DNA of 64,000 nt from Blepharisma stoltei ATCC 30299 (taxonomy: Eukaryota; Protista; Ciliophora): NCBI GenBank assembly GCA_965603825.1, contig CBFDEM010000057.1, positions 186,001 through 250,000 on the forward strand. Direction: 5' to 3'. The position numbers and the translations under genes were made by a program. The first letter of the stretch is position 1, and each line of letters starts with the position of its first letter. The notes below the pieces were generated by a model. The model saw only the letters and a list, made by a program, of their open reading frames with translations. It was not told the origin of the DNA and did not search any database. Positions 1 through 12,231 of the stretch are shown here, piece by piece.

Positions 1-557
1 ACTCCACACACCACCCAAATCGGAATGAAAACAAAATAGAAGTTTTCATAATCCCATTCATCAGCATATAATAAGAATAAAACCGCCGACCCAAAAGCCC
101 CGCAAAAATATCCAAATAATAAGAATGCTTCTACTTTCATATTCACATCTTTATGAGTTAGACCTGGACAAATATAAATACAAAAGGCTAAATAGATAAA
201 TAATAAATATCATAATGGTATGAAAACAACTGTTCAGAGAGTATCAACAAATTCATCTAGTAAAAATGCTGATAAAATAATAAAGACTGCACACGAAGCT
301 GTTCCATTATAGACTAGAAGCATGATTATCCATTCAGAAGTTGGGTTCATAAGTGGAGAAGCATAAGCAAAGCTGAGACTCAGGCAGATAGGCAAGAGTA
401 TGAGAGGAATCAGCAAAGGGAGTATTATGATACTCCATCATATTGAAATGACTTCTTCTAAGCATAGAGCAGCTAGAACTGTTGTAATAGCAATACCAGT
501 TCATCCAATAATCTTTAAAATCAGAAGTCATTTTTCAACTTGAGCTGCTGAATGCAT
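1..557 (-). CDS. TMEM185/FAM11-like multi-pass membrane protein (3' end runs off window)
   Basis: ATG at 557; frame stays open to base 1 with TGA=Trp (MHSAAQVEKWLLILKIIGWTG...). Hydrophobic helices with repeated 'WTVVFIPLW' / 'FYFVFIPIW' motifs typical of the TMEM185/TMEM60/TMEM203 family. Confidence 0.7.
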
Positions 558-1003
558 TTTATTTTTTATATTGGAAAACAGCTAGTTTTATTTATGTTAG
601 AGTATATTCGTACCATGAAGACTATAGATTATCATTAGAATCTCTGGAAGATCCAGCATTTTTGTTGTAATTAAAGTTAATGAACTTCAGAAAGATAATT
701 AAGTTTGAAGAAAATTTTAAAATTAATTGAATTTTAATGAAATACCATTAATCTGATAATAATATTCATTCATGAAGTTAATTTTCAAAGGTAAACAGCT
801 TCTTTTACAATAATCATTTATCTTTTCGTTCTAAATTCTGAATATTTTATGGCCAAAAAGAATCTAAATATTTATTAGTAATGATTATCAAAATTTAATA
901 GGAATTATGCTCATCAATAAAGAGAATTTATATTAACTTGATTCTCCATCTTTTCAACTAAATGATTACAAATTGATAGCTTGCACTAATTAATAACAAA
1001 CAA

Positions 1004-2359
1004 ATGTCCTTATCTGACTTCGAAGTTTTGAAAAAATTAGGAGACGGCGCATATAGCACAGTTTACCAAGTTAAAAGAAAAACCGACAATCAAATTTATG
1101 CCCTCAAAAAAGTCAGAATGGCATCCTTAAAACCCAAAGAAAAAAGAAACGCTCTTAACGAAGTCCGGATTATGGCAAGCATCAAGCATCCCAACGTGAT
1201 TTCTTACAAAGAAGCTTTTTTCGACGACGAAAGCGGAAGCTTATGTTTAATTATGGAATATGCAGACTCAGGAGATTTATATCAAAAAATTTTAGCATAT
1301 CAGAAGAAAGGCTGCTACCTCAGTGAAAATTACATTTGAAATATTTTTATTCAACTTCTAAGAGGCTTAAAAGCTTTGCATGATTTAAGCATCTTGCATA
1401 GAGACTTGAAATCAGCCAATGTATTTTTAAATAAAGACGGGACTGTAAAGCTAGGGGATATGAATGTGTCAAAAGTTGCAAAGGACGGACTTTTGTATAC
1501 ACAGACAGGGACTCCTTATTATGCAAGTCCTGAAGTGTGAAGAGACCAGCCATATGATGCAAAAAGTGATATGTGGTCTTTAGGATGTGTACTATATGAA
1601 GCGATAACTCTGAAGCCTCCTTTTAGAGCTGAAGATATGAATGGATTGTTTCAGAAAGTCGTTAAAGGGGAATATCCACCTATTCCGAGAACATTTTCAA
1701 AAGATTTAGCAAACACTTTAAGCCAGCTTTTACAAATTGAAGCGTCTAGAAGGCCAAGCTGTGAAGTTATGCTCAGAAGCTCTTTATTACAGAGACATAT
1801 TGCTGAAAAATATACAGAGACAGACTCTCTGCATGAAAACTCTTTACTTGGCTCTATAAAACTTCCGAAAAATATAAAATTAATCACAGATTTTCTGCCA
1901 AAGCCAAACTACAGAGATTTGCGCGCAAACTTTTCTGAGCCAATCCCTAGCAGTGAAAAAACACCATCTAAATCTCCATCAAAATCAAAATTCTCCACAA
2001 ATCGATCATATCTTACCCACGATTCAGAAGAAAAAAAAGCCTCATCTCTTTCCCCTACCGAAAAAAACCATAATATTTTCAGCCCAAAGCGCTATCGAGA
2101 AATTTTAAAAGAAAGCTATGGCGCCTTAAAATTACCCAAAATTCGGTACCCAGGCAAAGGCATAATTCATCATATCAAAATAAAGCGAAACCCTGACGAC
2201 ATTTTCAGCACCCGAAGCTTGCCACTCCAAAGAGGTGCAAACGAAAGGCTTGAACGAATTAAAGAGGTTTATTTAAAAAAGGCTGTCCCAAGACTCGGAC
2301 TTTCGCCTGACCCCCGAACTCCTATAAAAGTAAGCTACAAGCCAACATCTTGGACATAA
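1004..2359 (+). CDS. NIMA-related (NEK) Ser/Thr kinase, 451 aa
   Basis: ORFs 1004-1339 and 1571-2359 join in one frame through TGA at 1337 and 1538 (YI-W-NIF; SPEV-W-RDQPY). Motifs GDGAYSTV, ALKK, HRDLKSAN, GDMNVSK, GTPYYASPE, DMWSLG. Confidence 0.95.
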
Positions 2360-2387
2360 TAATTTTATCTTTAATTGCATAATTTAA

Positions 2388-3239
2388 TTAGGAGATAACC
2401 GCTTTATCAAGCTGAATTCTTTTCATTGTGCCTTGGATATCATTTTGACATCCGACGCATTGGCAGCTATCTCCACATGCAATCCCGCTTTGAAAGCATT
2501 CGCAATAGTTCTTCAGACAAGCTGACTTTGTACAGTGACAGCCTCGGTTATGCATTGCTTTTGATTCCCCCTTCACCAAAATCGTCTTAAATTTTGGTTT
2601 GAATGCTTTTGGATTTTTTTCTAAAATTGCGTTTATATACCCTGCCCGTATGTTTTCATGCTCTAGAACGTTATAGCACTCATTACAGCTGCAGCCTTCA
2701 CAGTAAATCCCAGCTGCGAAGCAATCGCAGTAGAGTTTTAAGCATCTTGATTTTTGGCAATTACAACAGGTTTTCTTTTCAAGCTTTAGCTCGTCGCGAG
2801 GACGCTTTTTTGGCTTGGAAATTGAGGAAGACGTGGAAAGCTCGCTGTTGTCGGCGGCTTCGTCTTGGATATTGACTTCGACAGTGAGGGAACTGGCTCG
2901 GAATCGAGCTTTGCCTTCAATTACTTTGGAAAAATCTAATTTTTGAATAAAGCGGGTTGAAGCTGTAATTAAATCAAGCTTGGAGTCTTCTTGGTTAAGC
3001 GGAGAAAGGGTAGATATGGGCGCTCATAAGGTTTTTGGGGTAAAATTACTAATTAGAATATACAGATGGGTATAAAAGGAAGGCTGAGATGGTAATGTCC
3101 CTATTGGGGATAAATTAAGAAGGGATTGGGAAAACGGGGATACTTGGAGGCTAAAAGCTCTCTGAGGAATTGGTGTCAAGATATGAACTTCATCGTCTGA
3201 GAGCTTTAATGATGTGTCCTTAAAAGGAGAGGCTTCCAT
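2388..3239 (-). CDS. Tesmin/TSO1/LIN54-like CRC (CXC) domain protein
   Basis: Single frame through TGA at 3026-3024. Two CXC motifs: CNCQKSRCLKLYCDCF and GCHCTKSACLKNYCECF, with linker KNPKAFKPK. Possible in-frame 15-nt intron at 3049-3063. Confidence 0.9.
3049..3063 (-). other. putative 15-nt intron GTATATTCTAATTAG
   Basis: Matches the local consensus GTA.....TA...AG. In frame and stop-free, so the reading frame does not require it. Confidence 0.55.
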
Positions 3240-3625
3240 TTTATAATGCACGATTTAAATTCTGTCATCAATATTTAAAAATTCATGGGTATTGGCATTT
3301 TAATTATCAAAGATTAGGGGAATATTTTTTCAATAAATAACTAAGACAATAAAGATCAGATATTAGAGAAGTGCTTGGAAAAATATTTTGGATTAAGGCT
3401 AGTTTTCGAATAAAAAATATATTAAAATAATTAGAAAAATATAATTAATAAGTATTTAAAGAATTTTATTGCTTTATTGAAGATTAATTAAAGAGTTTTT
3501 AAAGATTATAAAGCTATTTTAATATATTAAAATGCAATTAGTTGAAATAATTAAAAAGGTCATTTAAAGCTTAATTATGGAAAATCCAGTTAAAATGTTT
3601 ATTTCAATGCTAGATAGCTTATAAA

Positions 3626-4411
3626 ATGAATGAAACTTCACCAAATACTTCAAGAATACAAAATTGTATTCTCAATGATGAATCGCTTGATTTAGTTACA
3701 GAATTAGACCATTTAAACCATCAATGCATTTGCTCATTATGTACTTGCGGAAAGCATATTTGTCCAGCAAAACGATTAAAACTGTACCCAAAGGGTACAT
3801 TTACATCTCTCTACAAGCAAGATTTCAAGTATCCAGCAAGCTTAAGTCCTCCAAAGCGAATAATCTCTACTTACAGGCCTGGGATCCACAAAATGGACGA
3901 TAAAACTTCTAATGAAATTGACTTTAAACCTTATGATCTCTCAAAAACCTCAAGGACTCCTGAAAAACCCAACTTTTCTACATCCTTAAGATTTCTCGGC
4001 AAATCCAAATATAAAACTGATTTTCCTAACTGAGGCCAAATTCAAGCTGAAAAAGAAATCAGCCCCAAAGAATCTACATTAATTAATAGAAAATTCGAAG
4101 GAGAGTCAATTTATTCACAAAGTTACATACGAAAAAATCTAACCCCTGACCTCATGCGAAAAGTTCTTCCATCAACTTCAATTCCTTCAATTTATAAATA
4201 TGACCGACTATTTGAGTCTACAAATAAAAGAGAGTTTAACTTAAAAGCAAACCGCTATAACACTCCAAGCCCAAACTATAGCCACTCTCCTATAACTCCT
4301 ACATACTTTAATCCAAGCCAATATATAAGTGTTTCTAAACAAGCTTTTACTGGGCCGAATTCGCCATTGAAAGATCCTAGGCTAATCCGAAAACAAAAAT
4401 TAGTTAACTAA
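3626..4411 (+). CDS. SAXO/STOP-like microtubule inner protein, 261 aa
   Basis: Joins 3626-4033 and 4154-4411 via TGA 4031-4033. CICSLCTCGKHICP motif plus repeated 'S.YK.DF'-like Mn motifs (TSLYKQDF, SKYKTDF, STNKREF). Confidence 0.7.
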
Positions 4412-4436
4412 TTTTAATGTATTTAAAGAATTTTAT

Positions 4437-5894
4437 TTAAAGATCAGCCCTGTTTTCGTCGAATTTAAAGCTTGCTTTGTCTTTTATGAACTGTAAAAGA
4501 TTTTCACTTGTCCTTTCTCCTTCAAAATCAATGCCTTTTTTCTTTTTTCCTGGGAAATATCTTATAGTTGGGAAGCTGCTGACAGTTTGGTCTTTAACTT
4601 CATTTTGTGTGTAGTCAATTTTAGCTAAAATTAATGTAGGGATATGGCTTAAGTCCTTGGCTAATTCTTGATATATAGGCTCAAATTCTCTGCAATGAGA
4701 GCAACGAGGGGAGTAAAAGTAAACTAAGACGTCTTTGGATTTATCAAAGACTATATCGTTGAAGTTTTTGCCTACGAGGACTCTGAGGTTTTTATAGTAA
4801 TCGTTTTCAGGGAGATCTTGGGACTTAAGAGTAGGCTCAATTTCTTTCTTTTTCCATCTCTTGATAAAGCTTTTCATGTTTTCTTCAGTTGGGCTTGCAT
4901 TGCTCATAAATCTATTTCCAACTTCTGATTGATCAACAATCAAAAATACAGGCTGGGCTTCTGGTTCCAATCCTAAATACTCTTTTAATTGGCTATTGCC
5001 CGGATTTGATAAGTCTGCATAGAAGAAGATCATTGTTTTATTATACTTCTTGGCCACTTCATAAAAACCAGCTCTATATTGCTCATAATCACTTTGATTG
5101 CAAAGTAAAAAAAAGGCTGGGGTTTTGTTATCCCAGCTACGTCTTAAGCTATCATCATTGAACTCGCTTACAATCGGCCTCATATTTTTTTCAATAAATC
5201 TTGTAATATCAGCATGCTTCAGTTTCCCTGAAAAATTTACCCTTCTTTCATCAAACTGTTTAAAAAGGACAAGTGAAGGCTCTTCAACCTCGTAATTAGT
5301 TAAGGAAACTGAGTCAATAGACACTATAAATTCAACACCTTGTATCTGTTTGCTGACATAATCAAAATGCTTTATTTCAGGAGCATCAGCCTGTGCAAAC
5401 AGAACGACAACAATTTTTGCTTTTTCTATCCTATTTTGAAGCTGAAGATAGTCTTTAATAACAGTATAAGTTTGCCCATTCTTTTTTAACACCCAGGAAA
5501 CAATTAAATCTTCAGTTCTCCCACCATCATAATCAGTTGGCTTTTTATTTTCAAAGTATTTTATAGTTGGATAGTTTCTTATTTGGTATTTATCAGCTAA
5601 AAGTTTATTTGTGGTTGCATCAACTTTAGCAATTCTGATAGAAGGAGAGTTTTCTTTAAGTCTTAATGCAGCTTTAGCATATTCAGGATCTAGTTTTTTG
5701 CAGTGGTCGCACCAGGGTGCATAGAAATCAATTAAAATGTTAGGCTGCAGATTTAGAGCGTCTTCAAAATTTGAATCAGTAAGCACCCAGACGTCTTCTT
5801 CTTCAGGAATTTCAAGGAATGGAGTTGGCTCTAGAGTTTCTTGGCTGTAGACGGAGCTAAAAACCAAAAATGCGATACAAATATTCAGGGCCAT
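4437..5894 (-). CDS. PDI: protein disulfide-isomerase (a-b-b'-a')
   Basis: Signal peptide; thioredoxin domains FYAPWCDHCK and FYSPRCSHCR; C-terminal RADL ER-retention-like signal. Confidence 0.93.
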   Translation of the reverse strand: MALNICIAFLVFSSVYSQETLEPTPFLEIPEEEDVWVLTDSNFEDALNLQPNILIDFYAPWCDHCKKLDPEYAKAALRLKENSPSIRIAKVDATTNKLLADKYQIRNYPTIKYFENKKPTDYDGGRTEDLIVSWVLKKNGQTYTVIKDYLQLQNRIEKAKIVVVLFAQADAPEIKHFDYVSKQIQGVEFIVSIDSVSLTNYEVEEPSLVLFKQFDERRVNFSGKLKHADITRFIEKNMRPIVSEFNDDSLRRSWDNKTPAFFLLCNQSDYEQYRAGFYEVAKKYNKTMIFFYADLSNPGNSQLKEYLGLEPEAQPVFLIVDQSEVGNRFMSNASPTEENMKSFIKRWKKKEIEPTLKSQDLPENDYYKNLRVLVGKNFNDIVFDKSKDVLVYFYSPRCSHCREFEPIYQELAKDLSHIPTLILAKIDYTQNEVKDQTVSSFPTIRYFPGKKKKGIDFEGERTSENLLQFIKDKASFKFDENRADL

Positions 5895-6371
5895 CTTTAC
5901 ACGTGGTTTTCTTATATTTATTATAAATTTTTTTCGAAATGTTTTCTAAAATCGCATGTATCTTAAAAGAGTAGAATTTAAAATAAAATTTTATAAAATA
6001 CTCAGAAATAGATTATTATAAACAATTAGTGAATTTTGCTATAAAGTTTAAGTTGACAACAGATATTTTTAATATTTATTTTTTGATAGCTTATTTGTTT
6101 TTGATCTTATAAAAAATTTATTTTTTATTACTCATAATGCACATTAAAAATAATTCCTGGCCTTAGTTAAGCATTCAATATCTTTTTTTTATAAAATTAA
6201 AATTAAAGGCTCATAAATAGTATAAGTAAATTCAAAATTTCCTTTATTCCAAGTAATTATTTTACCTTTTTTTAAAATTTAATTATCTAACTCACTGAAC
6301 AATTCTCTATTTAATGCTTTTCCAACCTATAATGAGACTTAAAACTGCTATATTCCTTATACATTACTAAA

Positions 6372-9300
6372 ATGGATACTCCAAGATTACTTGATTACTT
6401 TGCTGTATACGGCCTTGATGAAGAACTTCCTCTAGCTCAATCTCCTTCATCTTCCACCAGCAGACCATCAGAAAACCCTTCTTCATCTAAGCTCTCTACA
6501 AACGAAAATATTGTATCTCATCTTCGTCTAAGAATTACACATGACAATGAAATAATCGCCCCTCACAATTCAGAATTTATTAAAATATTTGAAATTGGTT
6601 GCAGAAATGGCCAAACCCTTTGGCTAGAAGTCATCTATGGCCGATTTAACGGGAAAGCTCGAAAAGTGTGAGACGGCAAAGCAGTGTGCAATATTGGTTT
6701 ATGATATCTCCAATCTGAAGGTGATTATATCAAAATCCCTGCAAGCCTTGGTATAGAGCCAGTCCCAATTTATATCGGAATTAAATCAGCTCATCAGTTT
6801 AGCCATAGAGAAAATGAAAATAATTGTTATATAGTAGACTACGATATCAGTACTATTTTAGAAGCTGAACAGCATGAAGGAACTAAGCTTATTTTGACTT
6901 ACAGTACCTTTGACGCGTTCGGACATCCTCCTATTTCTGATATACAGCTTGTTACAGCTTTTACAAAAATAGATGAAAATGGAAATTCTCGAAAAGTCGC
7001 TGAAATTCCTTTAAATTATGCATATATAGATGTCCCGCTAGGAAAAAATTTAGACTCTTTGCTGTGCTTTAGGACAATTGACCCTATGAGTGTGACTTAT
7101 AAAGCAGAACTCATAGAAAAGTTTCCCAGAGATGATTATTCTGATGGTGAGCTTAATCAAGCTATCCAAATGTTCATATTCAGCGAAGGCATAAATCTTA
7201 CGAAAGAACAAGAAACGCCTAAAATCTTTTCTTTTATGCTGACTTCGGCAGAAGAAACAGGTAAAATATCAAAAATTTACATAACAAGTATGATTTTTTA
7301 TGAACAGATAAGTGAACGCTTATCCAAACAACTGTATATTCTTCAAAGCGAAACAAGCAAAGTATACATGCCAAAGGCAATTTGTTTGGTTTCTCATTGG
7401 CCTTTTATAGAGCAGTATAGGGAAATATTAAAAGAAATTTACAGATTGACGATTTCTATATATGAGACTCCGATAGAGAGAATAATTTGTAATTTAATGC
7501 AAGAAGTTCCTTTACCAGATCAAGGAATCACTACAGTCCAGTATAAAATTGGAAACAAAATTTTACACTTTTCAAGGCCCCCTCCGAAGCATCTCCCTTA
7601 TTTTCCAGACTCCTGCTTAGAATACTTATTTCGGTCGCTCTCCATTGATTGTATCCTCAATATCTTAAGCTGTCTCTTAATCGAAAGAAAAATTTTGCTT
7701 ATTTCCAAGCAAAAATCACTGCTTACTTATGCAGCTATAGGGTTTGTCTCTTTAATTTTCCCATTTAAATGGGAACAAGTTTTTATCCCAATTCTTCCTG
7801 CCGCACTTAAAAACTATATAGAAACAATTTTCCCTTACATTATAGGTGTCTCTCCATCACTTCTCACAGAAGAAATAGAAATCCCATATGATGCAGTCAA
7901 GGTCTATTTAGATGAAGGCAGAATAGAATCAAATGAAGGCTTTCCAAGACTTCCAGACAAGCTTCGAAGGCAGCTTTTTAATTCATTGATGAGATCTTCC
8001 AATATTTTCAACCCCGAAGACAATATAAGAGATACAGCTGATGAAGCTTTCGATATTTTCATAAAAGAAGAAAGTGAAACTTTTGACGCTTTTCAAGTTC
8101 GAGACGCATTTTTGCATTTTTTTACACATTTGTTGAAGAAATATTCAAAATTTTACATAATGCCCGTAAAAGCTACAGATAATGCTATTGATTCAAGATC
8201 TTGTTTCAATACTTCAGAGTTCTTAAACTACCACAAAAGCAATAAGCCAGAAACTTTACTTTTCAAGCTCACTGAAACTTCGTTATTTGCTGGGTTTATT
8301 GAATCGCGCTATTTTTCAACAGAAAGCCAATATGAGATGGAGTATTTTGATGAAGCCTCAGCGTTTAAAAGGACGAAAAATGATCCTTATTTTGTGAAGC
8401 CTTATTATAATAGAGAGACCGTACCAGCGCTCTATGCAAATGATATTGGTTTTGAGCCTGATTCTGCCTTTAAATATGACAGATTTCCGAAGCTCAATGA
8501 TTGTTATATGATTGAGCCACGAAAAATCATAACTTTAGCCACAAATGCAGCTCCAAAGCTGAAATTGACGCTAAAAGATGATATATTAATAAGACTAACT
8601 CAGGCAGAATGGGGGAAATTCTTGATGACTACCTTATACAAAATATGGATTATTGTGTTTGCCCACTGCATGCCAAGATATAAAGAGCATGCAAACTTAT
8701 TAATTGATCTTGCCCTTTATGTGATGGAAGGGATGAAAAAGACAACAAAAAAGCCTGATGAAGAAATGTATCGAAAACTCATAGAAGCCTGCGGACACTG
8801 TGGACTCAAAGAAAGAGTCCTTTCATTGTTCAGAAGAATGAAAAATCAAGGGATTGAGCCTGATGCGTGTACACATGGAGTTTATGTCACAGCTGTAGCT
8901 AAAAGTCAAGAGCTTCAAAAAGAAATTAAATCAATCCTGGCCAAAGAAATCCCAGTAAATTCGTTATGCACCAATTTAGACTTAAAAAATTGCAAATATG
9001 CTGTAGAAGATAGCTGCACTTTTTGTGACTGTGTTTTAAGCCAAGAAGATATTATGATGGGCTGGGATCGGTCTTATTCAAGCTACACAACTACTTGTCC
9101 TAAAAATTTCTGCGAACAAAGGTTTGTAGCTAAATTCAGGGTCGTTTTGGACAAATTTGAGGAAAATCCTAAATATTTGCAAATTGAGTATTTAAGTCCA
9201 CCTTTAATCCGGAAAGAGTTAGAAAATCTGATATACACGTATGGTGAAAATATTTTACTTTCTAAAGATTTTTGTGAAAAGCATAAGATTTTATTCTGGA

Positions 9301-9776
9301 ACATGGCTCTAAATTTCCAATTATTAAAGCTTCCGTCATTTTTTATTGATCCTGCTTTTGACCCTGACACTTTGCCGCAGGTCATAAAAGATTATATGAA
9401 AGCTGATGATGTCCAGCAAGGTGAGCAGTTTTTAAAACCATGCTCCAATAAGTCAAGCGAAGATCAGGTACTTTCTGATGAAAATATAAGTGACTCCCAC
9501 TCTAATTCTCAAAATAGGAGCCAAAGATTTTTGAGATTGCTGAAGAAAAATAAATCAAGCGCTGGAAGTGATAATATGTCCACTAAAAGTTCTGTTAAAA
9601 ATATGGCGATTAAGAAATTGTTCGGACCATTTATTGAAGAGTTTAGGAGTGAGAACATTAGAAGAGATAGAGGAAGAAGCTTCATGGACACAATTGACGT
9701 TGAAGAAATTGAAGAGGAAAAGCCACATCAGCCTCCACAGTTGCCTCAGTTTAGGGCTTATAGCTTAAAAGTTTAG
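6372..9776 (+). CDS. DENN-domain Rab GEF, DENND4-like (uDENN-DENN-dDENN, PPR, C-terminal Cys cluster), 1134 aa
   Basis: One frame through TGA at 6669 and 6702. N-terminal LLDYFAVYG; PKAICLVSHWPF; LIFPFKWEQVFIPILP; PPR-like PDEEMYRKLIEACGHCG...M...GIEPD; C..C...GW....Y.T.CP...C and YLSP.L.RKELE at the C-terminus. Confidence 0.88.
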
Positions 9777-9867
9777 GGGTAATGCTATATATAAATGATT
9801 TTCAGGATTTTTCAGCATAATAAAATTAAATAAAAATGGAAAATTCATATGCCATCTCATATTAGTG

Positions 9868-10689
9868 ATGAAATTAAATAGCTTAGTGTTCCCGGCTCCA
9901 AAATCCACATATGATATTTCGACTTTTAAAGGCGAACTTGTTTGAATTCCTCAATTGAAATCCAAAGCCTTGTCTCCAATCCCTTGTTTATACTGCCAAC
10001 CGCCTTCAAGCAGCTCACAAATTCTGATTTATTTTCATGGCAATTTAGAAGATCTAGGAGCTTGCTACTTATTAGCAGATTTTATTAGTAAAAAGCTAAA
10101 AATCAACGTATTAGCTGTTGAATACCCAGGATACGGTATTTATCCTGGAAAAAGCAGTTCAAAAAGAATCAAAAATGATGCAAAAAATATCTATGAGTAC
10201 TTACAAGAAAATATAAAAATAAAAGAGTCTGATATAATAATTCTAGGAAGGTCTATTGGCTCAGGCCCAGCTACTTTTATAGCCGCAAAAAAAAATCCAG
10301 GCGCCTTAGTTTTAATGTCAGCTTACACGTCAATTAAAGATGTAGCTAAAAAAATCACTTGCTGCGCCGCATTTCTTAAAAACAGATTTAAAAACACCCA
10401 CGTGATGAACAAGGTAGTATGCCCAACACTTTTGATTCATGGGAAAAAAGATACACTAATCCCATGAAAATTCTCTGAAAAACTAAGAAAATTGTGTGGA
10501 GGACCTGCCACGCTTGCTTTAAGCCCTGCTATGACTCACAATGATTTTAATTTCACAGAAATCATCACTCTTTTATATGATTTTTTAATGCACTATCAAG
10601 TTATCAATATTTCAGATATGCCAGGGATAAATCTATCTGAAATTATCATTCACGACACACATGAAGACAGTCAAGAAAAATCTTCCTAA
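9868..10689 (+). CDS. ABHD17-like alpha/beta hydrolase, 273 aa
   Basis: Start MKLNSLVFPAP; TGA=Trp at 9943 and 10465. Motifs YFHGN, EYPGYG, GRSIGSG nucleophile elbow, IHGKKD, MTHNDF. Confidence 0.9.
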
Positions 10690-10812
10690 ACACAGATCTT
10701 TGTTTAATATTTACAAAATTCTATTAAAAATACTTAATTTCTTAGTTTTCTTTTCCTTACAATTTTCTCACAAACTCTTAAATCTCTGTCTTTTATTTAA
10801 TAACCATAAAAT

Positions 10813-11232
10813 ATGAGCAAAAGAGGTGCAGGAAATTCGGGCAACAAGCTAAGAGTAACCCTCGCACTTCCAGTCGGGGCTTTAATAAACTGTGCTGACA
10901 ACACAGGTGCCAAAACTCTTTACATCATGGCAGTCCACAGAATCGGTGCAAGACTCAATCGTCTTCCAGCTGCCTCTGTCGGCGATATGGTCTTGGTAAC
11001 AGTGAAAAAAGGCAAGCCAGAGCTCAGGAAAAAGGTTATGCCAGCTGTCATCGTAAGACAAAGGAAACCATGGCGACGATCTGACGGAATCTTCATTTGC
11101 TGTGAAGACAATGCAGGAGTCATTGTAAATCCTAAAGGAGAAATGAAAGGCTCAGGTGTCTCTGGCCCAGTCACAAAAGAATGCGCAGATCTCTGGCCTA
11201 GAGTGTCATCTAACGCAGGAGCTATAGTTTAA
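10813..11232 (+). CDS. RPL23: 60S ribosomal protein L23 (uL14)
   Basis: Full-length, highly conserved sequence ([36 protein letters not shown]). Confidence 0.98.
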   Translation: MSKRGAGNSGNKLRVTLALPVGALINCADNTGAKTLYIMAVHRIGARLNRLPAASVGDMVLVTVKKGKPELRKKVMPAVIVRQRKPWRRSDGIFICCEDNAGVIVNPKGEMKGSGVSGPVTKECADLWPRVSSNAGAIV

Positions 11233-11271
11233 CCAGATAAATAAGCATTTTCTATGGAGATAATAATTTAA

Positions 11272-12210
11272 ATGTCATGGCTTTCTTCATTAGAAATTGA
11301 CGTCTTTGACAGGCACATTAACGACCTTATGCAGTGCAAGCCACTTGCGGAACTTGAAATTAAACTTCTGTGTGAAAAAGCTAAAGAAATTTTAGCTGAA
11401 GAGTCCAATGTGCAAGCTGTAAAGTGCCCTGTGACTGTGTGTGGGGATATTCATGGGCAATTCTTTGATTTGTTAGAATTGTTTAGAATTGGTGGGAAAA
11501 CTCCAGACACAAATTATCTGTTTACAGGGGATTATGTGGATAGAGGATATTACTCAGTCGAATCTGTTTCGCTATTGGTTTGTCTTAAGGTCAGATATCG
11601 TGACCGCATCACGATTACTCGTGGAAACCACGAGTCAAGACAGATTACACAGGTTTATGGGTTTTATGATGAGTGTATGAGGAAGTACGGCAATGCAGCT
11701 GTGTGGAAATATTTTACCGATCTTTTTGATTATTTGCCTATAGCAGCGCTGGTTGAAAATCAAATTTTCTGTGTTCATGGAGGGCTATCTCCTTCTATTG
11801 GCACGTTAGACCATATCAGACAACTGGACAGAATCCAAGAAGTCCCAAATGTAGGGCCTATGTGTGACTTAATGTGGTCAGACCCTGAGGAAAGAAGTGG
11901 TGGCTGGGCTATTTCTCTTCGTGGAGCTGGGTTCACTTTTGGAAAAGACATATCAGAACAATTCAATCATACAAATAACTTAACTCTAATTGCCAGAGCC
12001 CATCAACTAGTTCAGCAAGGCTATGACTGGCAGCACGAGCGTCATGTTGTAACGATTTTTTCAGCACCCAATTATTGCTATATATGTGGAAACCAAGCAA
12101 GTATCTTAGAAATTGATGAAAACTTGAAGTTTAATTTCCTTCAATTCGACCCAAACCCTCAGCAAAATAAGCGAAACCAATTCAGGATAACTCCAGATTA
12201 TTTCTTGTAA
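11272..12210 (+). CDS. PPP2C: PP2A catalytic subunit, diverged copy
   Basis: GDIHG, GDYVDRG, RGNHE, SAPNYC, TPDYFL C-terminus; intact ORF of 312 aa. Confidence 0.95.
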   Translation: MSWLSSLEIDVFDRHINDLMQCKPLAELEIKLLCEKAKEILAEESNVQAVKCPVTVCGDIHGQFFDLLELFRIGGKTPDTNYLFTGDYVDRGYYSVESVSLLVCLKVRYRDRITITRGNHESRQITQVYGFYDECMRKYGNAAVWKYFTDLFDYLPIAALVENQIFCVHGGLSPSIGTLDHIRQLDRIQEVPNVGPMCDLMWSDPEERSGGWAISLRGAGFTFGKDISEQFNHTNNLTLIARAHQLVQQGYDWQHERHVVTIFSAPNYCYICGNQASILEIDENLKFNFLQFDPNPQQNKRNQFRITPDYFL

Positions 12211-12231
12211 TTATAGATTTTTAATTAAATA

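Noticed and set aside
334-531. ORF MTSDFKDYW... as the first gene
   Set aside because: Alternative frame of the TMEM185-like gene, which has the family motifs and an in-frame ATG at 557.
1337-1540. Selenocysteine or Cys meaning for TGA
   Set aside because: The codons align with conserved Trp positions, not Cys or redox sites.
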